From Azolla caroliniana (Eukaryota; Plantae; Polypodiophyta): 64,000 bases of DNA. Position 1 is the first letter of the stretch. Every line of letters begins with the position of its first letter. A program made the position numbers and the translations under genes. Positions 34,300 to 48,240 of this stretch are shown one piece after another. The stretch lies in contig JBHGNT010000013.1 of assembly GCA_043228905.1 (NCBI GenBank), positions 5,394,001 through 5,458,000 on the forward strand. Direction: 5' to 3'. The notes beneath the pieces were generated by a model. That model had not been told where the DNA came from. It saw only the letters and a program-made list of their open reading frames with translations, and searched no databases.

Positions 34300-36330
34300 T
34301 GTTAAAAAACTCGTTCTCGGCCACAATCGAGATCCAAACATAATGTATAAACCGGTTCGGCTTCCTTCCTCCGGCTCATTTGGCTCATCCGGATCCCATC
34401 CGAAGGGATTGGTTTCCCAACAAACTCCCCCTTCACTCTGGCATGGGATGTCTTGTCAATCCGATCCGTCTTTGGTACAGATCTAGCTTCTTAGCCGACA
34501 ACACCTTGGTCAGCTTGTCTGACCCGTTCTCCTCTGTGTGGATCTTCGTTAGAGAGAAGTCTTTGTCATCTATCTTCTCCCGGAGCCAGTGATATCTCCT
34601 CTAGATGTGCTTTGTCCTGGAGTGGTAGGCCGTGTTCTTTGTGAGGTGGATGGCGCTTTGACTGTCGTAGTAGAGTCGGAATTCCTCCTGTTGAATTCCC
34701 AACTCTTCGATGAAGTCCTTCATCCAAATTACTTCCTTGCCAGCTTCTACGGACACCATGTACTCCACATCCGTTGTCGACAATGCTACGAACTTCTGCA
34801 ACCTCAACAGCCATGAGACCGCTCCCCCTACATAGGTCATAATGTATGTGTACGTGGACCGTCTAGTGTGTACATCAACTGACATGTCTGAATTTGTAAA
34901 GCCTTCCAATAGGGGTTTACTTGAGTCGAATCGGAGGCACATGCTCGAGGTGCCTTTCAGGTACCAGAGTATCCACTTGGCGGCTGCCCAGTGCTCTCTT
35001 CCCGGATTGCTTATTAAACGGTTGACCACTCCGACTACATATCCGATGTTCGGCTAGGTACACACCATTGCATACATTAGGCTTCCGACAGGTGAGGCAT
35101 AATGTACCTTCATCATCTCAGCTCTCTCCATCATTGTCTTCGGACTTCGTTTCCCGAACAACTTATAGTTTGCTAGAAGTGTCGACCCGATTGGATTCGC
35201 ATCCGCCATGCTGAACCTTTGGAGCAGCTTTGTCATGTACTTCTCCTATGACAACCACAATAGCTTCTTCGTCCCGTCTCCAACCATGTGCATCCCTAAG
35301 ATCTGTCTCGTCGGACCCATATCTTTCATTGAGAAGTACCTGCTCAAGGCTTTCTTCAGTATCCCAATTTTGATACAGTCCCTTTTGACAATCAGTATGT
35401 TGTCCACATATAGCAGGAGGATTAGGAAAACTCCTCCATCGAACTTCTTTACAAACACGCAGTGGTTGGCCTATGTCTTGTGGTATCCTTGCTCGGGCAT
35501 AAAGGAGTTGAACTTCCAGTACCATTGCCGAGGAGCTTGCTTCAGTCCGTATAAGCTCTTCTTCAACTGACACACGAAGCTCTTCTTCCCTTTCTGGACG
35601 AATCCTTCCAAATGCTGCATGTATATCTCTTCTTCGAGGTGACCATGCAAGAACGATGTCTTCACATCCAACTATTCGACCTCGAGGTTCATGCTTGCCG
35701 CAATGCTTAGCATTGTCCGAATGGATGTCATCTTTACTACCCGAGAAAAGATCTCGTTGAAATCGACTCCTTTCTTCTATTGGAAACTCTTCACCACAAT
35801 GCGGGCTTTGTACCTCGGTGGATTTTCGATGTCTCCCAATTTCAACTTGTATACCCACTTGTTTCAGAGCACCCTCTTTCCCTTTGGCAGCTCCGTCACT
35901 TCGTATGTGTGGTTCTTATCCACGGAATCCATCTCGTCCTCAAGCTTCGGTATGATATGTCTTTGCCGGTCCACGCCCTTTATGGAACATCTCCATCCAA
36001 GGGTTCTTAAGGTGATCTATTAATCATGTACACTGCTGTTATCAGCGCCTCAGCCCAAAATGTCTTGGACAACTTAGCATGTGCAAGCATACTTCGGACC
36101 CTCTCCATAATGGTCTGGTTCATCCTCTCGGCCAGCCCATTGAGTTCTAGCATCTTCGGCATGGTATACTTGAGTCTGATACCCTTCGATTGACAGTATT
36201 ATTTGACTTATCCTCGATATTCTCAACCATTGTCGGCTTAGACCGCTGTCAGTTTTTGTCTAGTTTCTCTTTCAACTCTAACATGAAATTCCTTGAAGAT
36301 GGGCAGTACCTGGTCCTTCGTCTTTTGCGT
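34300..36330 (-). mobile_element. Truncated Tork-like Copia (INT part, RT, RNase H) with an internally deleted 123-bp 3' LTR
   Basis: LTR 34300-34422 keeps both termini. PPT at 34423-34438. Motifs YVDNIL and YHSRTKHI. INT-to-RT deletion near 35940. Cut at 36330 by a Gypsy LTR. Confidence 0.9.
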
Positions 36331-38630
36331 TGTCGTGGGGAATTCCGGCTACTAGGAGAAAAGGAGCTGGAGAGCGCGGGAATGGGGGTGTGCACAGATG
36401 CACACAAAGTTGTCTTTATGTACAAACATGTGTAAATAACATAGGACTAGTAAGTACTAGGGAGGAGGATTTTGATGGGTACTTTAATGTCCCATGAAAA
36501 GAGAGGAATAAAGCATGTGTAGGGAGAAAACTGAGGGAGAATCGCTGACAGAATCGACACTCTTAAACATGATGTAACAACCCCCCCCCCCCCCCCCCCC
36601 CCTCCCTCGTGCTATAAAAGGGGAGGTTTTGAACTGTTGTAGGGATCCACCATTTTGCCAAGTGCTGCCATTTGAGATCCGAGCTTTGTTGTTCCCTCTG
36701 TTTCCGATACTGTGCTGATTTCGGGAGGAAGGTGGACCCCTCTACTCGCGTAGGAAGCCTGTGCGCTCCCAACCAGAGGCCCATTGTTCCATGTCTGTGT
36801 GCGTTTGTGTAGAGCTCTAGGTTCGTTTGTCGGCCATGTCTGGCTGTAATCCATCGGTTCTCCTCTGTTAATCAATAGAATTTGTTGAGTCTCTTTGTGT
36901 GTGTTTTGGCGTAGCCGCGTTCTTACATATGTTCTCTTTGTGTTGAGTGTGCGTATCTGAGTGCATGAGCTCGTGAGCTCATCACTCCTATCCGGCAACC
37001 GGTCTAGAATAGTATACATCTCCGAGCTCATCTGCTCACATTCAGGCATTCGAGAGTTGATCCGGATCGGATACGTGTCCGGAATCTGATCCAGTGAGGA
37101 TGTCGGAGGCTGATCCAGAAACTGACTGGGCCCCAGTTCCTCTCTCACTGACTCCTTGGTCTGAGACCCTCGTGGTCCGGCCCCATTTCAACACAAGCCC
37201 ATGGATATTTGTGACATCTTCGGTGAACCGGACGTGAAAGGGGTAGTAGAGGAGTTCGAAGATGATAGGAAGCGAACTTGCAAAGGCAATGGCAGTGGCC
37301 GTCTACCAAATAGTAAATGCACGAGAGAGCATAGGTGGCCTTGACAGGACCAAAGCGACGATAGTCGGCATGATAAGATGATTGAATGGAAAGGACGTGA
37401 CAAGCTATCTGGAGGCCTACCGGGTCGAAATGATACTGAGGGATATCCCGGAGGACAGACAGTTGTCCGGATTCCCGTGAGTTGTCACACCGAGCATCCA
37501 CATGGAGGTGCTCGAGGTCCAAGCTGACTGTTGGAATTGGTCGGAGTTCCAAGAACGGCTCCTCAAGTGGTATGGTTTTGACGACTCACTCCGGTTGTTG
37601 AAATGGGAGTTTATGGAATGGCTCAAGAGTCCCGAAAAAGGGAGGAATACCTCGGTGCTCCTCCAGGAGTTTGAGAAACGGTTCGTGCGCCTTTTGGCAT
37701 TGGAGTGGACTATGGTTGATACAAGCAAGGACTTGTTGTTTATCAAGTCGGTCGATGTGCTTTATCGGGAAAAGGTGGGTCTTCTCTTGGAGATGGATGA
37801 AGGGCTCACGACTGATTGGGCCATGGTCAAAAGAGTTTGTTGTTGCTTCAAGAAGTAGTGGGAATGGAATGACAAGGGGTCGTCGACGTCTGGCCCGACA
37901 ACCGGGAAGAAGCCGGAAGAGATTCCGACTAAGTTGGAAGAAATGAGAAGGTGGCTCCAGTTGGGCGCAGTTTCAGCCGACGTGCTAAAGGGGCCGTCCA
38001 GGGGCGCAACTCTGGAAGAGCTAACGAAGATGGTAAGGAACCACCAGATTGCTCATGCCTGGAGGGAAGACGGCGGCCAATCACACAATCGACGCCCGCC
38101 AGTAGACCAGAGATGCATGTGGTGCGATGTTGTCAGCCACATTCGGAGAGACTGTGTGAACTTTGCCAATGCGCTTAGAGGCAAGGTAGTGTACTTATGG
38201 AATGGTCGGGTACACGCGTGTGAGACCTGGAAAACCTTGGAGATGAACACTGACTGAGGGGGAATGAAAAGACTAATGGAGGAAGTTTCAACCTAGAGCG
38301 CTGAGGCTATTTACTACTCGACGTCGACAAGAATCCGTGTAGGCGGAGAAATAGGCACCGACCCCTGAACGGATGTCGAATTCTGGCCGCTAGTACTTGA
38401 CGACCTATCTAGAGTGAGGCTAAGGAAGGAAGAGGAGGACTGCAAGAGGACACCAAATGGAACGATCTAGGGGAAGAGAAACTGGCTTTGTGGAAGTCAC
38501 GTGCCAGAACTACGAGGTTCTGGTTGAAGACAAACGGGTCGGGAAGGCTAGGGGAGCCAGACCTTTGAACGAGTATGAGACCCAGAGCAATCCAAAGAAA
38601 AATGTGAGAGGCCCTACCGACCCACATGAA
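36331..38630 (+). mobile_element. Trp-primed Gypsy 5' half: LTR 36331-37216, PBS, gag
   Basis: TGTCG...GTGACA LTR followed by TCTT and CGGTGAACCGGACGTGAA (degenerate tRNA-Trp PBS, 37221-37238). Gag contains the knuckle CMWCDVVSHIRRDC. Confidence 0.87.
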
Positions 38631-39740
38631 AGGGCTAGTTGGCTCTAGTCTTGCCTCAAGCCCTTGTTGTACTGTTGTCTCCAGTAACAACTCCTTTTCT
38701 TGTTGTGCCTGTCGACCCAGTGAGGTAGGTAGTTCTATGACCGGTTCTGGTAGTACTGGTGCCACCGTTTCTAGCCGAACAAGCCCGGTTTCTTTCCTTG
38801 GCTCTCGTCTCTCGGAGTGTGGAGTTAGTGTGTTGTCCTCTACCGGACCCGATTCACCCCCCTGTTGCTCTACGTTGCTTCTCTTTTGGCGATGTAGGAA
38901 ATTGTCGACGGTTTCTTCCTTCACCTCCTCCTCTTGGGTTCCGATGTTAATTCTTTGAACCAAGGTGGGCGACTCTCGTTCTTGCCGGGGCAGTGTACTT
39001 TTAAGAGGTTTTACTGGTGGTTCTACCAGTGCCTCTGTCTCTGCCTACCGCTTCCGGTTGGGTTGTTCCTTTTCCGTCTATGCCAATCCTCCCTCTATCC
39101 AACCGAGGGTGTGCTTGGCGAGGAGTTGTTGCCGCTTTGAAGGCTTGTTTGGCATTGCATCCACCGGTCGGACCCGCTTCTTCGCCTTTATTTCCGGTAA
39201 TGGTGGTGCGAGGAGGGTGAGCCATTGGGCCACCATTGTCCATACGGATGGGATGGCCACTCACAGAGAATCGGCGATGATTACCGGCCAATCCACTTTC
39301 AGCCCTTCGTATGTTGGGATGATGAACCCGTCTCTGTTCTTAGGCATTGTCGGGGGCTGGGGGTGCACAAACCCATACTTGAAGAGCACACGAGCCACTT
39401 CTTGAAACAAGCTGTCGTCATCGCCCTGTGTTCGGTATGCTTTGCTGACGAGGGAGTACTCGTCGAAGAAATTCGTTAGTGTCTCTGGGGAAGGATTCTC
39501 AATAGAGTAGATCCCTCCCTCCGGCAATCTGATTAAGGCATGGATATCCTCCTATGTTATTTCCTCCAGGTCGATCTTCTTTGCTACCTTTTCCAGTTCA
39601 TCGTGGGGAGGTGCTTCTGCTATCTGGAGAAAACCCTCCAATCCATTTTGTGTAAACCAATTCTTGGCAGTCTCGGAGAGCGCCATGGGCTCCAATGTGG
39701 TGTCTGCCGCATTTTCTTGATTCCCGCGCATGTACATCAT
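38630..39740 (-). pseudogene. Extra 3' ORF of unknown function downstream of Gypsy integrase
   Basis: Collinear pieces 39740-39552, 39527-39261, 39260-39078 and 38963 onward share one frame separated by single stops. Globular N-terminus and an acidic/Pro-rich tail. Confidence 0.65.
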
Positions 39741-39949
39741 GTACTATTATAGAAGTTGTATGCCGTGTGGTGCGCTTTAAATGCCTGACGTCACGCCGTT
39801 TCGTGGTGTCCGTTCATTTACTACCACTCTCTCTCTCTCTCTTTTTAGGTTTTCTTTTTAGTACACGTGTTATTCCTTTTCGATCGTATCCGGCAACACC
39901 GGATCTATGGTAGGTTCCTCTTGGTTGCCGGCTATCCGAATACCACTTC

Positions 39950-42900
39950 CGGTTCCTACTCCGTCCTCTTGGTTTCGCGGCATTGGTCCGTAATACGGTT
40001 TTAGTCAGAAACCATTTACCCATTTCTCCAAGATTTCGTCGGCAAATATTCCTAGCTGATACGACCCTTTGAATTGACGCGTTATCTAGTATGGTCCGGT
40101 CCACCGGAACCGTAACTTTCCAGGCATCTTGCCTATCCGGTTCTCAAATACCATAACCGGCTTGTCGATTCCGAACATTTTCTCATTTCCCTTCCGGTGC
40201 CGGTCGACAAACGCTTTCCGTTGTCATTGCTCGAGCTTTAACTGCAAAACGCTAGCTGTCCGGTGCTCTTCTAGTTCGCACAATGTCGCTAGCCGGATTT
40301 TTTCCGATTCCATCTCACTTAACCTTTCCCAGATTTGAATCCGCAAACTTGGAATTTGAAACTCCATCGGCATTACCACTTCCAATCCGAAAGCTAACCG
40401 GAACGGTGTTGTCCAAGTACTTGTCTTGTAAGTAGTCTGGTAAGCCCATAGTGCACTCTATAGGTTCGTGTCCCAGTCTGTCCGGTTTTCATTGACTATT
40501 TTTTGGAGGATGTTTTGCAAGGTGTTGTTGGTGTATTCAGCCAATCCGTTGGCTTGAGAATAATATGGTGTACTCCGCTTGTGCACCATCGCATAAAATG
40601 ACGTTAAGCTCTCCCCCACTTGTCCAAGGAAGTGTCCACCTTGATCATTGATCAGTTTGATCGGACATCCGTACCGGCACCAAATATACTCATATAGGTA
40701 CTTGGCCGTTGATGCCGTGGTATTGTCCCGGAGTGCCTTTGCTTCAACCCACTTCGTGCAGTAGTCTGTTGCAATAGTCGTATACCGGTTTCCGGTCCTC
40801 ACTGCCAGAGGCTTGAAGGGTCCGATGAAGTCCAATCCCCATTTTTGAAATGGCTCCAGTGGTAACACTGGCTGATGCGGCATCCTCTCTTGCTTTGTCG
40901 GTTGGCCCATTCGTTGACATAAGTCGCATTCCTTTGCATACCGCATCGAGTCCTTCAGTGTTGTGGGCCACCATAATCCACTCTGCCATATCTTCCTTGC
41001 TATTGCGTCTCCAGCATAGTGTCCTCCAACGGCTCCACAGTGAGCTTCCCGTAAAATTGTGTCCTTTTTGTCGTTCTGGACCGCTCTTCGCCATATACCA
41101 TCCGCTCCGTTGTGGTACAACGTATCCTGCAATAGACAAAACTATCAGCTTTGTACCACCAACCGTTTCCGCTCGTCTTGATTTAACTCTTCCGGAGGCA
41201 GTCTAGTGCTGAGGAAGTAATGCATGTTCGTTAGCCATTTGTCCTCCTTAGCGACCGTCCCGTCCACCGTGTTTTCCGTTGTCACCCTAAACAGTTGCGC
41301 GTCCGGTAGTGCGTCGCGGACTCCGTCACCTGCCTTTCCGGATTCTAACTAGCTCAAGTAATCCGCTACTACATGTTGTACTCCCGGTTTGTGGTAGATT
41401 TCAAATTCGAACTCCTATAGAAGCAACGTCCATCGTGCTAGTTTGCCGGTTAACGATGATTTGGAGACCAAATACAGCAATGAAGAATGATCCACATGGA
41501 ATGAGAATTTCCGTCCCATCAAGTAATGACGGTACTTTGTTACACTATACACCATTCCCAAGGCTTCCTTTTCCGTTGGCGAATAATTCCGTTCCGCTTG
41601 GGAGAGCTTCCGACTGGCGTAGTAAACCGGCCGGTACCACTTCGGTTCGGTGAGCTACATAAGAACACTGCCAATCGCAATATCCAATGCATCCACAAAC
41701 ACATGAAATTCCTTCGACAAATCCGGGGGTTGTACCACCAGTGCTTGGGACAACATTACTTTGAGCACATGGTATGTCCTATCCTCCAGTTCTGTCCATT
41801 AGAAGGGTGTCCGATGTACGACTGCATGTAGTGGTGTCGCAATGTCGGCCAAGTATCAGAGCATCTGACTATGCCACCGGATCTGTCTTAAAAACCAGCT
41901 AAAAGCTTTGGCGGTCATTGGTGTGGGTACTTCCAAAATGGCTTTAACTTTATCTGGGTCTACCGCAATCCCATTCTTACTAACGATATAACCTAGTAGC
42001 GTGTTGGTAGTTACCCCGTATACGCATTTCGCTGGATTCAGACTTAGTCGGTAACCTCTGCATTTTTCCAGGCATAACCAGAGATGGTCCAGATGTTCTC
42101 CTTTCTTGCTATACACTGCAAAGTCATCTAAGAACACCTGCATAAACTCCCCGAAAATTTCCATGATGATTCGCTGGAACGTTGTTGATGCCGTCTTTCG
42201 TCTGAACATCATCATGACCGCTACGAAGACTCCCCATTCGGTTACGAACTCTGTTTTCTCCTGGTCATCCAGGTGCATCCTGATTTGGTTATACCTACTG
42301 AATCTGTCGAGGAAACTATACACCTCATGACTCATCACCACATCCAAGACTCCATCTGTGAATGGAAGCGGAAATCCATCAGTGACAGTGGCAACATTTA
42401 ATTTCCGGTAATCTACACAGACCTGGATTTTTCCGTTTTTCTTAGGTACAACCACAATCAGGCTTAGCTAGGTGGCCTTCTTCACCGGTCGGATAAAACG
42501 GACCTGCAACAACTTATCGATCTCCTCTTTCACTTTAGCTGTATAATTCGGAATCATCCGGTAACGTCTCTGTGCTACCTGTTTCACATCCTTGATCAAA
42601 TGGATCTGGTGCTGATACCATTGCGGGTCTAGTCCCCACATGTCCTCATATGACCACGCAAATACATCTCAGAATTCTTTCAATAATGTACCATTGCCGA
42701 TTTCTCCTCCGGTGGCATTTCTTTGGCCACATGTACCGGTCTTGTTTCTTCCCCAGTTCCTAAATTCACTTCTTCCAACTGTGATGCTTTCACCTGTTGT
42801 GATACCGCCATCTCCCGCTCTAGGGCTTCTTGTGCTTGGCGCAATTCCCGAATTGCGTCCTAATCCGGCTCCTCATCGGCATCATCCGGGTGCACGATAT

Positions 42901-43157
42901 ATGGGGAAATCGCTTCGGCCACGTCTACTTCAAACAGAGGAACTATCTTAGGGTTCTACTCGAGGTATCGATCTACTTCTTCATTGGCAAACCCTTCCAA
43001 CATGTTCACACTTTCGGCATACAACGGTGTTACTTCCTTGCTTGGGCCTGCACGGGGTTGTGTTGGTACTCTCACCTTAGTTTTCCCTCTTCGGAACATA
43101 ATATTGTTCTTCTGCCAGTTTTGTTTAATATGAGCAGTCTGTAACCATGGTCATCCC
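39950..43157 (-). mobile_element. Gypsy pol (protease tail, RT, RNase H, integrase), decayed, no chromodomain seen
   Basis: Motifs G*PWLQ, VVPKKNGKIQVCVDYRKLN, FLDDF, WGLDFIGP, YYSQANG and WTGP. Same family as 1-132. Confidence 0.92.
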
Positions 43158-46100
43158 ATAGTAGCGATGTGTTGTAGGGGCTACACTTGTAAATACTCCA
43201 TATGATGCATGTGTGTGTGTGTGTGTGTGTGTGCAGGGCAAATATAGCGTTAGATGTGTGTGAGCATAGAAAAGATAGTAGTACGTGTGAAGTAGGTGTG
43301 TAGCCAAGCACGAGAGAGGAGAAGAGTGTGTGTACCAGCAGACGCCAAGAGCCATGCGTGGCTAATACACTCGACAAAAAGAGTGTTGTAACCTCCTCCA
43401 TTTTATATCCATAATATAGTGAAGCTCTGCTCTTTAGTGGTTTTCTCCGGTTTTAGGGTTTCCACGTTAAAATCTGTATGCATTGTTTTTCGTATGTGTC
43501 TGAGTAGTGTATTTCAACATATTCCCTCTTGTGGATTAACAATTCAATTCGCAACAAACTGGTATCAGAGCTTGAGGTGCAAGCATGGAAGGAGGTGTGA
43601 GCGGCTTCCTAGGTATGATAGTTCTAAACTCACAAAACTATGTAGACTGGGAGATAAAGATGGAAGACCTTCTCATAGTGAAAGATTTGTATGAGCCCGT
43701 CGATAGAGCAGATATACCTAGGGGGGTATTGGTGTCAGAATGGAATCTTCTTAACAAAAAGGAGGTGGCCACGATCTGACCATGTGTCGATGTAAGTGTT
43801 CTTCAGCATGTGGCGAATGACACGAATGCCTACGAGATGTGGTAGAAGCTGCCAGCCCTATATGAGAGGAAGAATGTGCTCAATAAAACCTCACTGATGA
43901 GAAATATTGTTTGGTTGAAATACAGAGATGGTGAGAGCATCGTCGAACACATCAACACAAAAATGGGGTATGTGAATCAACTAGTTGCAACAAGGTTTCC
44001 CCTAGAAGATGAAATGTAGGCGATTCTGCTACTGTGCACCCTATCAGATAGCTAGGAGAATCAAGTGGTGACTCTTAGCACCTTGTGTCAAGAAGAGAAC
44101 TTGTCTCTTCAAGCTGTGAAGACAAGTATCGTTTCTTGAAGACAAGTATCTTAAACGAGGAGACAAGGAGGAAGGACAAGGGTGTCCTCTCTCAGGCAAA
44201 TGCGAATGTGGCACAACATTCAGACAGAGGAAGGAACTGGCGAAGAAGTCCACAATGAAGGGACAAATCCCGTGCAAGATCGAAGTCTAGAGGTAAGCCA
44301 ACATGCTTTTATTGTGGAAAACCTAGACACTTCTAGAAGGACAGCCGACACATGAGGAAGAACAAAGGTGTCGGTAATGGTGTCAAACCTAGGAAGATTC
44401 ATGATGAAAAGAACACTTTGGCCATTGCTACAAGCAATGAAGAACATCTTCTCATCTGTGAACAGACAATTGCAAATCTTGCAAGTATAGAATGCACTTG
44501 GGTGATCGACTATGGGGGCATCTTTCCATATAACTCAGTCGAGAGAGTATTTCTCAACTTACATAGCTGGGGTTCATGGGTATGTAAAGATGGGTGACAA
44601 TTGAGAGTGCAAGATAGTTGGATACGGAAGTGTCTGCTTGAGGATGTCGACAGGGTGTCGACAAACTCTAAAGGATGTTCGGAACTTCCTCGATATTAGA
44701 TTGAATTTGATATAGAATGGAAGGATGGATGGCGAAGGCTATAGTGGTAGCTTTCCGAATGGCAAGTGGAAGTTCTGCCAAGGAAATCTCATAGTGGCCC
44801 AAGCACAGAAAGAAGGCACATTATATATGATGCATGCCTGACTGTGCAAAGTTGGAAGTGAACATGGAAGCCGACTCAGCATAAGAGATATGGCACAAGA
44901 GGCTAGGCCACATGAGTGAGAAGGGACTGCATTTGTTAGCCGGCCAGAAACTTCTACCAAAAGTCAAGGGAGAGGAGTGCATCGACTTCTTAGTTGGAAA
45001 GTAGAACAGAGCAACATTCCACTCAAGATCACCAAAAAGAAGAGAAGTGCTACTGGAACTAGTACACATGGATGTGTGTTATGTGGAAGCTCCATCACAA
45101 TGAGGCGGATAGTACTTTGTGACATTTATTGACAACTATAGTCGGAAGACATGGGCCTTCGTACCGAAGTCAAAGAATCAAGTATTGTCATTCTTCAAGG
45201 AGTTCCAAGCAAGAGCCAAACGAGAGTTGGGTCGAAAGTTGAAGGTTGTCCGAACCGACAATGGTGGTGAGTATAAAGGGTAGTTCGAGGAGTATTCCAA
45301 GTGCCAAGGTATTCGGATCGATCACATAGTGCCAAAGACCCCGAGTTGAACGGGCTTGCAGAGAGGATGTATCGAACAATCATGGAGAGAGTTAGGAGCA
45401 TGTTGTCGCATGCCAAACTACCAAAGATATACTAGGCTGTGACGATGTACACAATTTTTTATCTAATCAATAGGTCTCCCTCAGTGCCATTGAAAGGTGA
45501 TGCCCCACAAAGGGTGTGGAGAGGAAAGGATGTATTCTACTAAAACCTAAGGGTGTTCGAATGTCGTACCGAAGGATCAGAGATCGAAACCCGACAGTAA
45601 GTCAAAAGCATGCATATTCATGGGATACTCGGAATATGAGTTTGGCTATAGGCTATGGGACCTAGTTGACAAGAACGTGGTGAGGAATCGGGATGTAGTC
45701 TTCCTAGAAGACACGACCATTGCGGACTGGAAGAAATAGAAGTTGGAAATGGCTGTCAAGTCAACCCCGACAGCCAATCGGTACAATCGAATCCAAGTCG
45801 GTCAACTCGGAGAGACCGACCGACTGTGAGTCTGAATCGACAAAGCTACTAAGGTCAATCAAGGAATATGAATTGGAGTCGTCTAACCTGGAGATGTTGA
45901 TTGACATACATGAACCCAACCCGAGAAAGTAGTTGTCAGAGACATCCGAACAAGAGCCAACAACGAGTGGAAGGAGGTACCCACTCAAGGAAAGGAAATC
46001 CCAGACAACATATGCTAGTCAATACATCCTCTTGACTTATGAAGGTGAACGAGAGTGCTATGATGAAGCCATTGCCAATGATTACAGAGAGAAATGGTTG

Positions 46101-48240
46101 AGCGCGATACAAGATGAAATGGACTTCTTGCATGAAAACTACACCTATGACCTAGTAGAGTTGCAGAAAGGTAAGAGAGCACTCAGGAGTAAGTGGGTCT
46201 ACAAGGTGAAGACTAGAGAAGCCAACAACATGCCCAGGTATAAAGCCCGTATAGTGGTTAAGGGGTTTCAACAAAAAAAGGGCGTCGACTTCGAAGAGAT
46301 ATTCGCACCAGTCGTGAAGATCACGTTCATCCAAACTATTCTAAGCATAGCTGCCAGCATGGATCTGGAGATCAAATAGTTGGATGTCAAGAAAACATTC
46401 TTTCACGAGGATCTGGATGAAGAAATCTACATACAATAGCCCAAAGGCTTTGTGGAGAAAGGGAAAGAGAATCTAGTGTGTCAACTGAAGAAAAGCTTGT
46501 GTGGATTGAAACAAGCTCCACACCAATAATACAAGAAGTTTGAATCCTTCATGGTGGAACATGGGTTCCAGAAAACACAAGTTGGTCATTGTGTGTCTGT
46601 CAAAAGGTACGACAAATGAGACTTCTTGATTCTCTTGTAATATGTGGATGACATGTTGATAGTCGACCAAGACACAAGAAAGATTGGTAGCTTGAAGAAA
46701 GATCTAGGCAAGCCGTTTGCCATGAAAGATCTTGGACCAACCAAACAGATTTTGGGGATGCACATAGTTCGAGACAGAATTGAGAAAGTGATAGGATTGT
46801 CACAAGAGAGATATTTGACTAAAGTCCTTGAAAGATTCAACACATTGGACGAAAGTCGGTAAGCTCGGTATTGCCGAGAAACAGCAAATTGAATGCTAAG
46901 CAATACCCGAGAAGAGAGAAGGAAAAGGCCGAGATGAGGGTACTATCATATGCCTCAACCGTCGACAGTTTAATGTATGCTATGGTCTGCACAAGACCAG
47001 ATATAGCATTCGTTGTGGGAGCAGTGAGCCAATATATGAGTAAAACAATAAGAGAACATTCGGCAACGGTGAAGTGGATACTCAGGTACTTTAAAGGCAC
47101 CTCGCAAGTATGCCTTTGGTATGGTGTCGAAAAAACTATGTTGGAAAGTTTTACCAACTCGGACATGTCGGGGGATGCAGACTCAAGACAATCCACATCA
47201 GGGTACGTGATGACCTATGTAGGGGGAGCAATGTCGTGGCAGTCAGATTGAAAAAGTCTATAGATTTGTCAACTATAGAGGCAAAGCATACGGCAGTGGT
47301 GGAGGCCGACAAGGAGCTAATTTGGATGAAGAGTTTCCTCAGCGAACTCGGGATGAAGCAAGAAGAATTCTTGCTCCATTATGATAATCAGAGTGCCATA
47401 CATCTAGCCAAGAATGTTGTGTACCATTCGCAGGCTAAGCATGTACAAAGAAGGTATCACTCATTGCAAGAGAAGGTAGATGAAGGAGAGTTTACCATGG
47501 TGAACATCCATACTGACAATAATGGATCCGACATGTTGACAAAGAACCTACCAATGGACAAAATTAGAGCTTGTCGACAAAAGATAGGATTGACTGACTT
47601 CCTCCCACAGGAGTGAAGGGGGAGTTTGTTGGCAATATGTTCTTCCAGTTGGAGGAGCCGACTGTTCGGGTTGAGAAGAGTCGATAGTCGAAGACAGGGA
47701 CGAGCTAACTGTTTGGGCCAAGCAGAGCCGACAGTTGAAGACAAGGAGGAGTCGATTGTTCAGGGAGAGTAGACAACTAAAGAGTCGACAGTAGAGAGTC
47801 GACTGATTAACTATCGATTATTATTATAACTATAATAATACTACTAGCAATGTGTGGTAGGGGCTACACTTGTAAATACTCCATTTGATGCATGAGTGTA
47901 TATATATAGGGAAAATATAGAGATAGATGTGTGTGAGCATAGAACACATAGCAGTGCGTGTGAAGCAGGAGAGAGGATAAGAGTGAACCATGAAAGAGCG
48001 GCGCCATAAATATGTGTAACAGCATATGCCAAGAGCCCTGTGTGGCTGATACACTAGACAGAAACAGTGTTGTAACCTCCTCCATTTTATATCCACTGTA
48101 TAATGAAGCTCTATTCTTCCGTGGTCTTCTCCCGTTTTAGGGTTTCCACGTTAAAATCTGTGTGCATTGTTTTTCGTGTGTGTCTAAGTAGTATATTTCA
48201 GTGTATTCCCTATCGTGGATTAAGGATTCGATTCGCAACA
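43158..48240 (+). mobile_element. Degenerate near-complete Tork-like Copia (5' LTR truncated)
   Basis: 5' LTR remnant to 43556, PBS TGGTATCAGAGC at 43560, ATG at 43585. Gag-pol is collinear with 7244-11317 but has many stops. PPT is followed by 3' LTR 47627-48240. Confidence 0.93.

Noticed and set aside
36579-36602. Poly-C run of about 24 nt
   Set aside because: A homopolymer within an LTR. Its length is unreliable in assemblies and there is no evidence of function.
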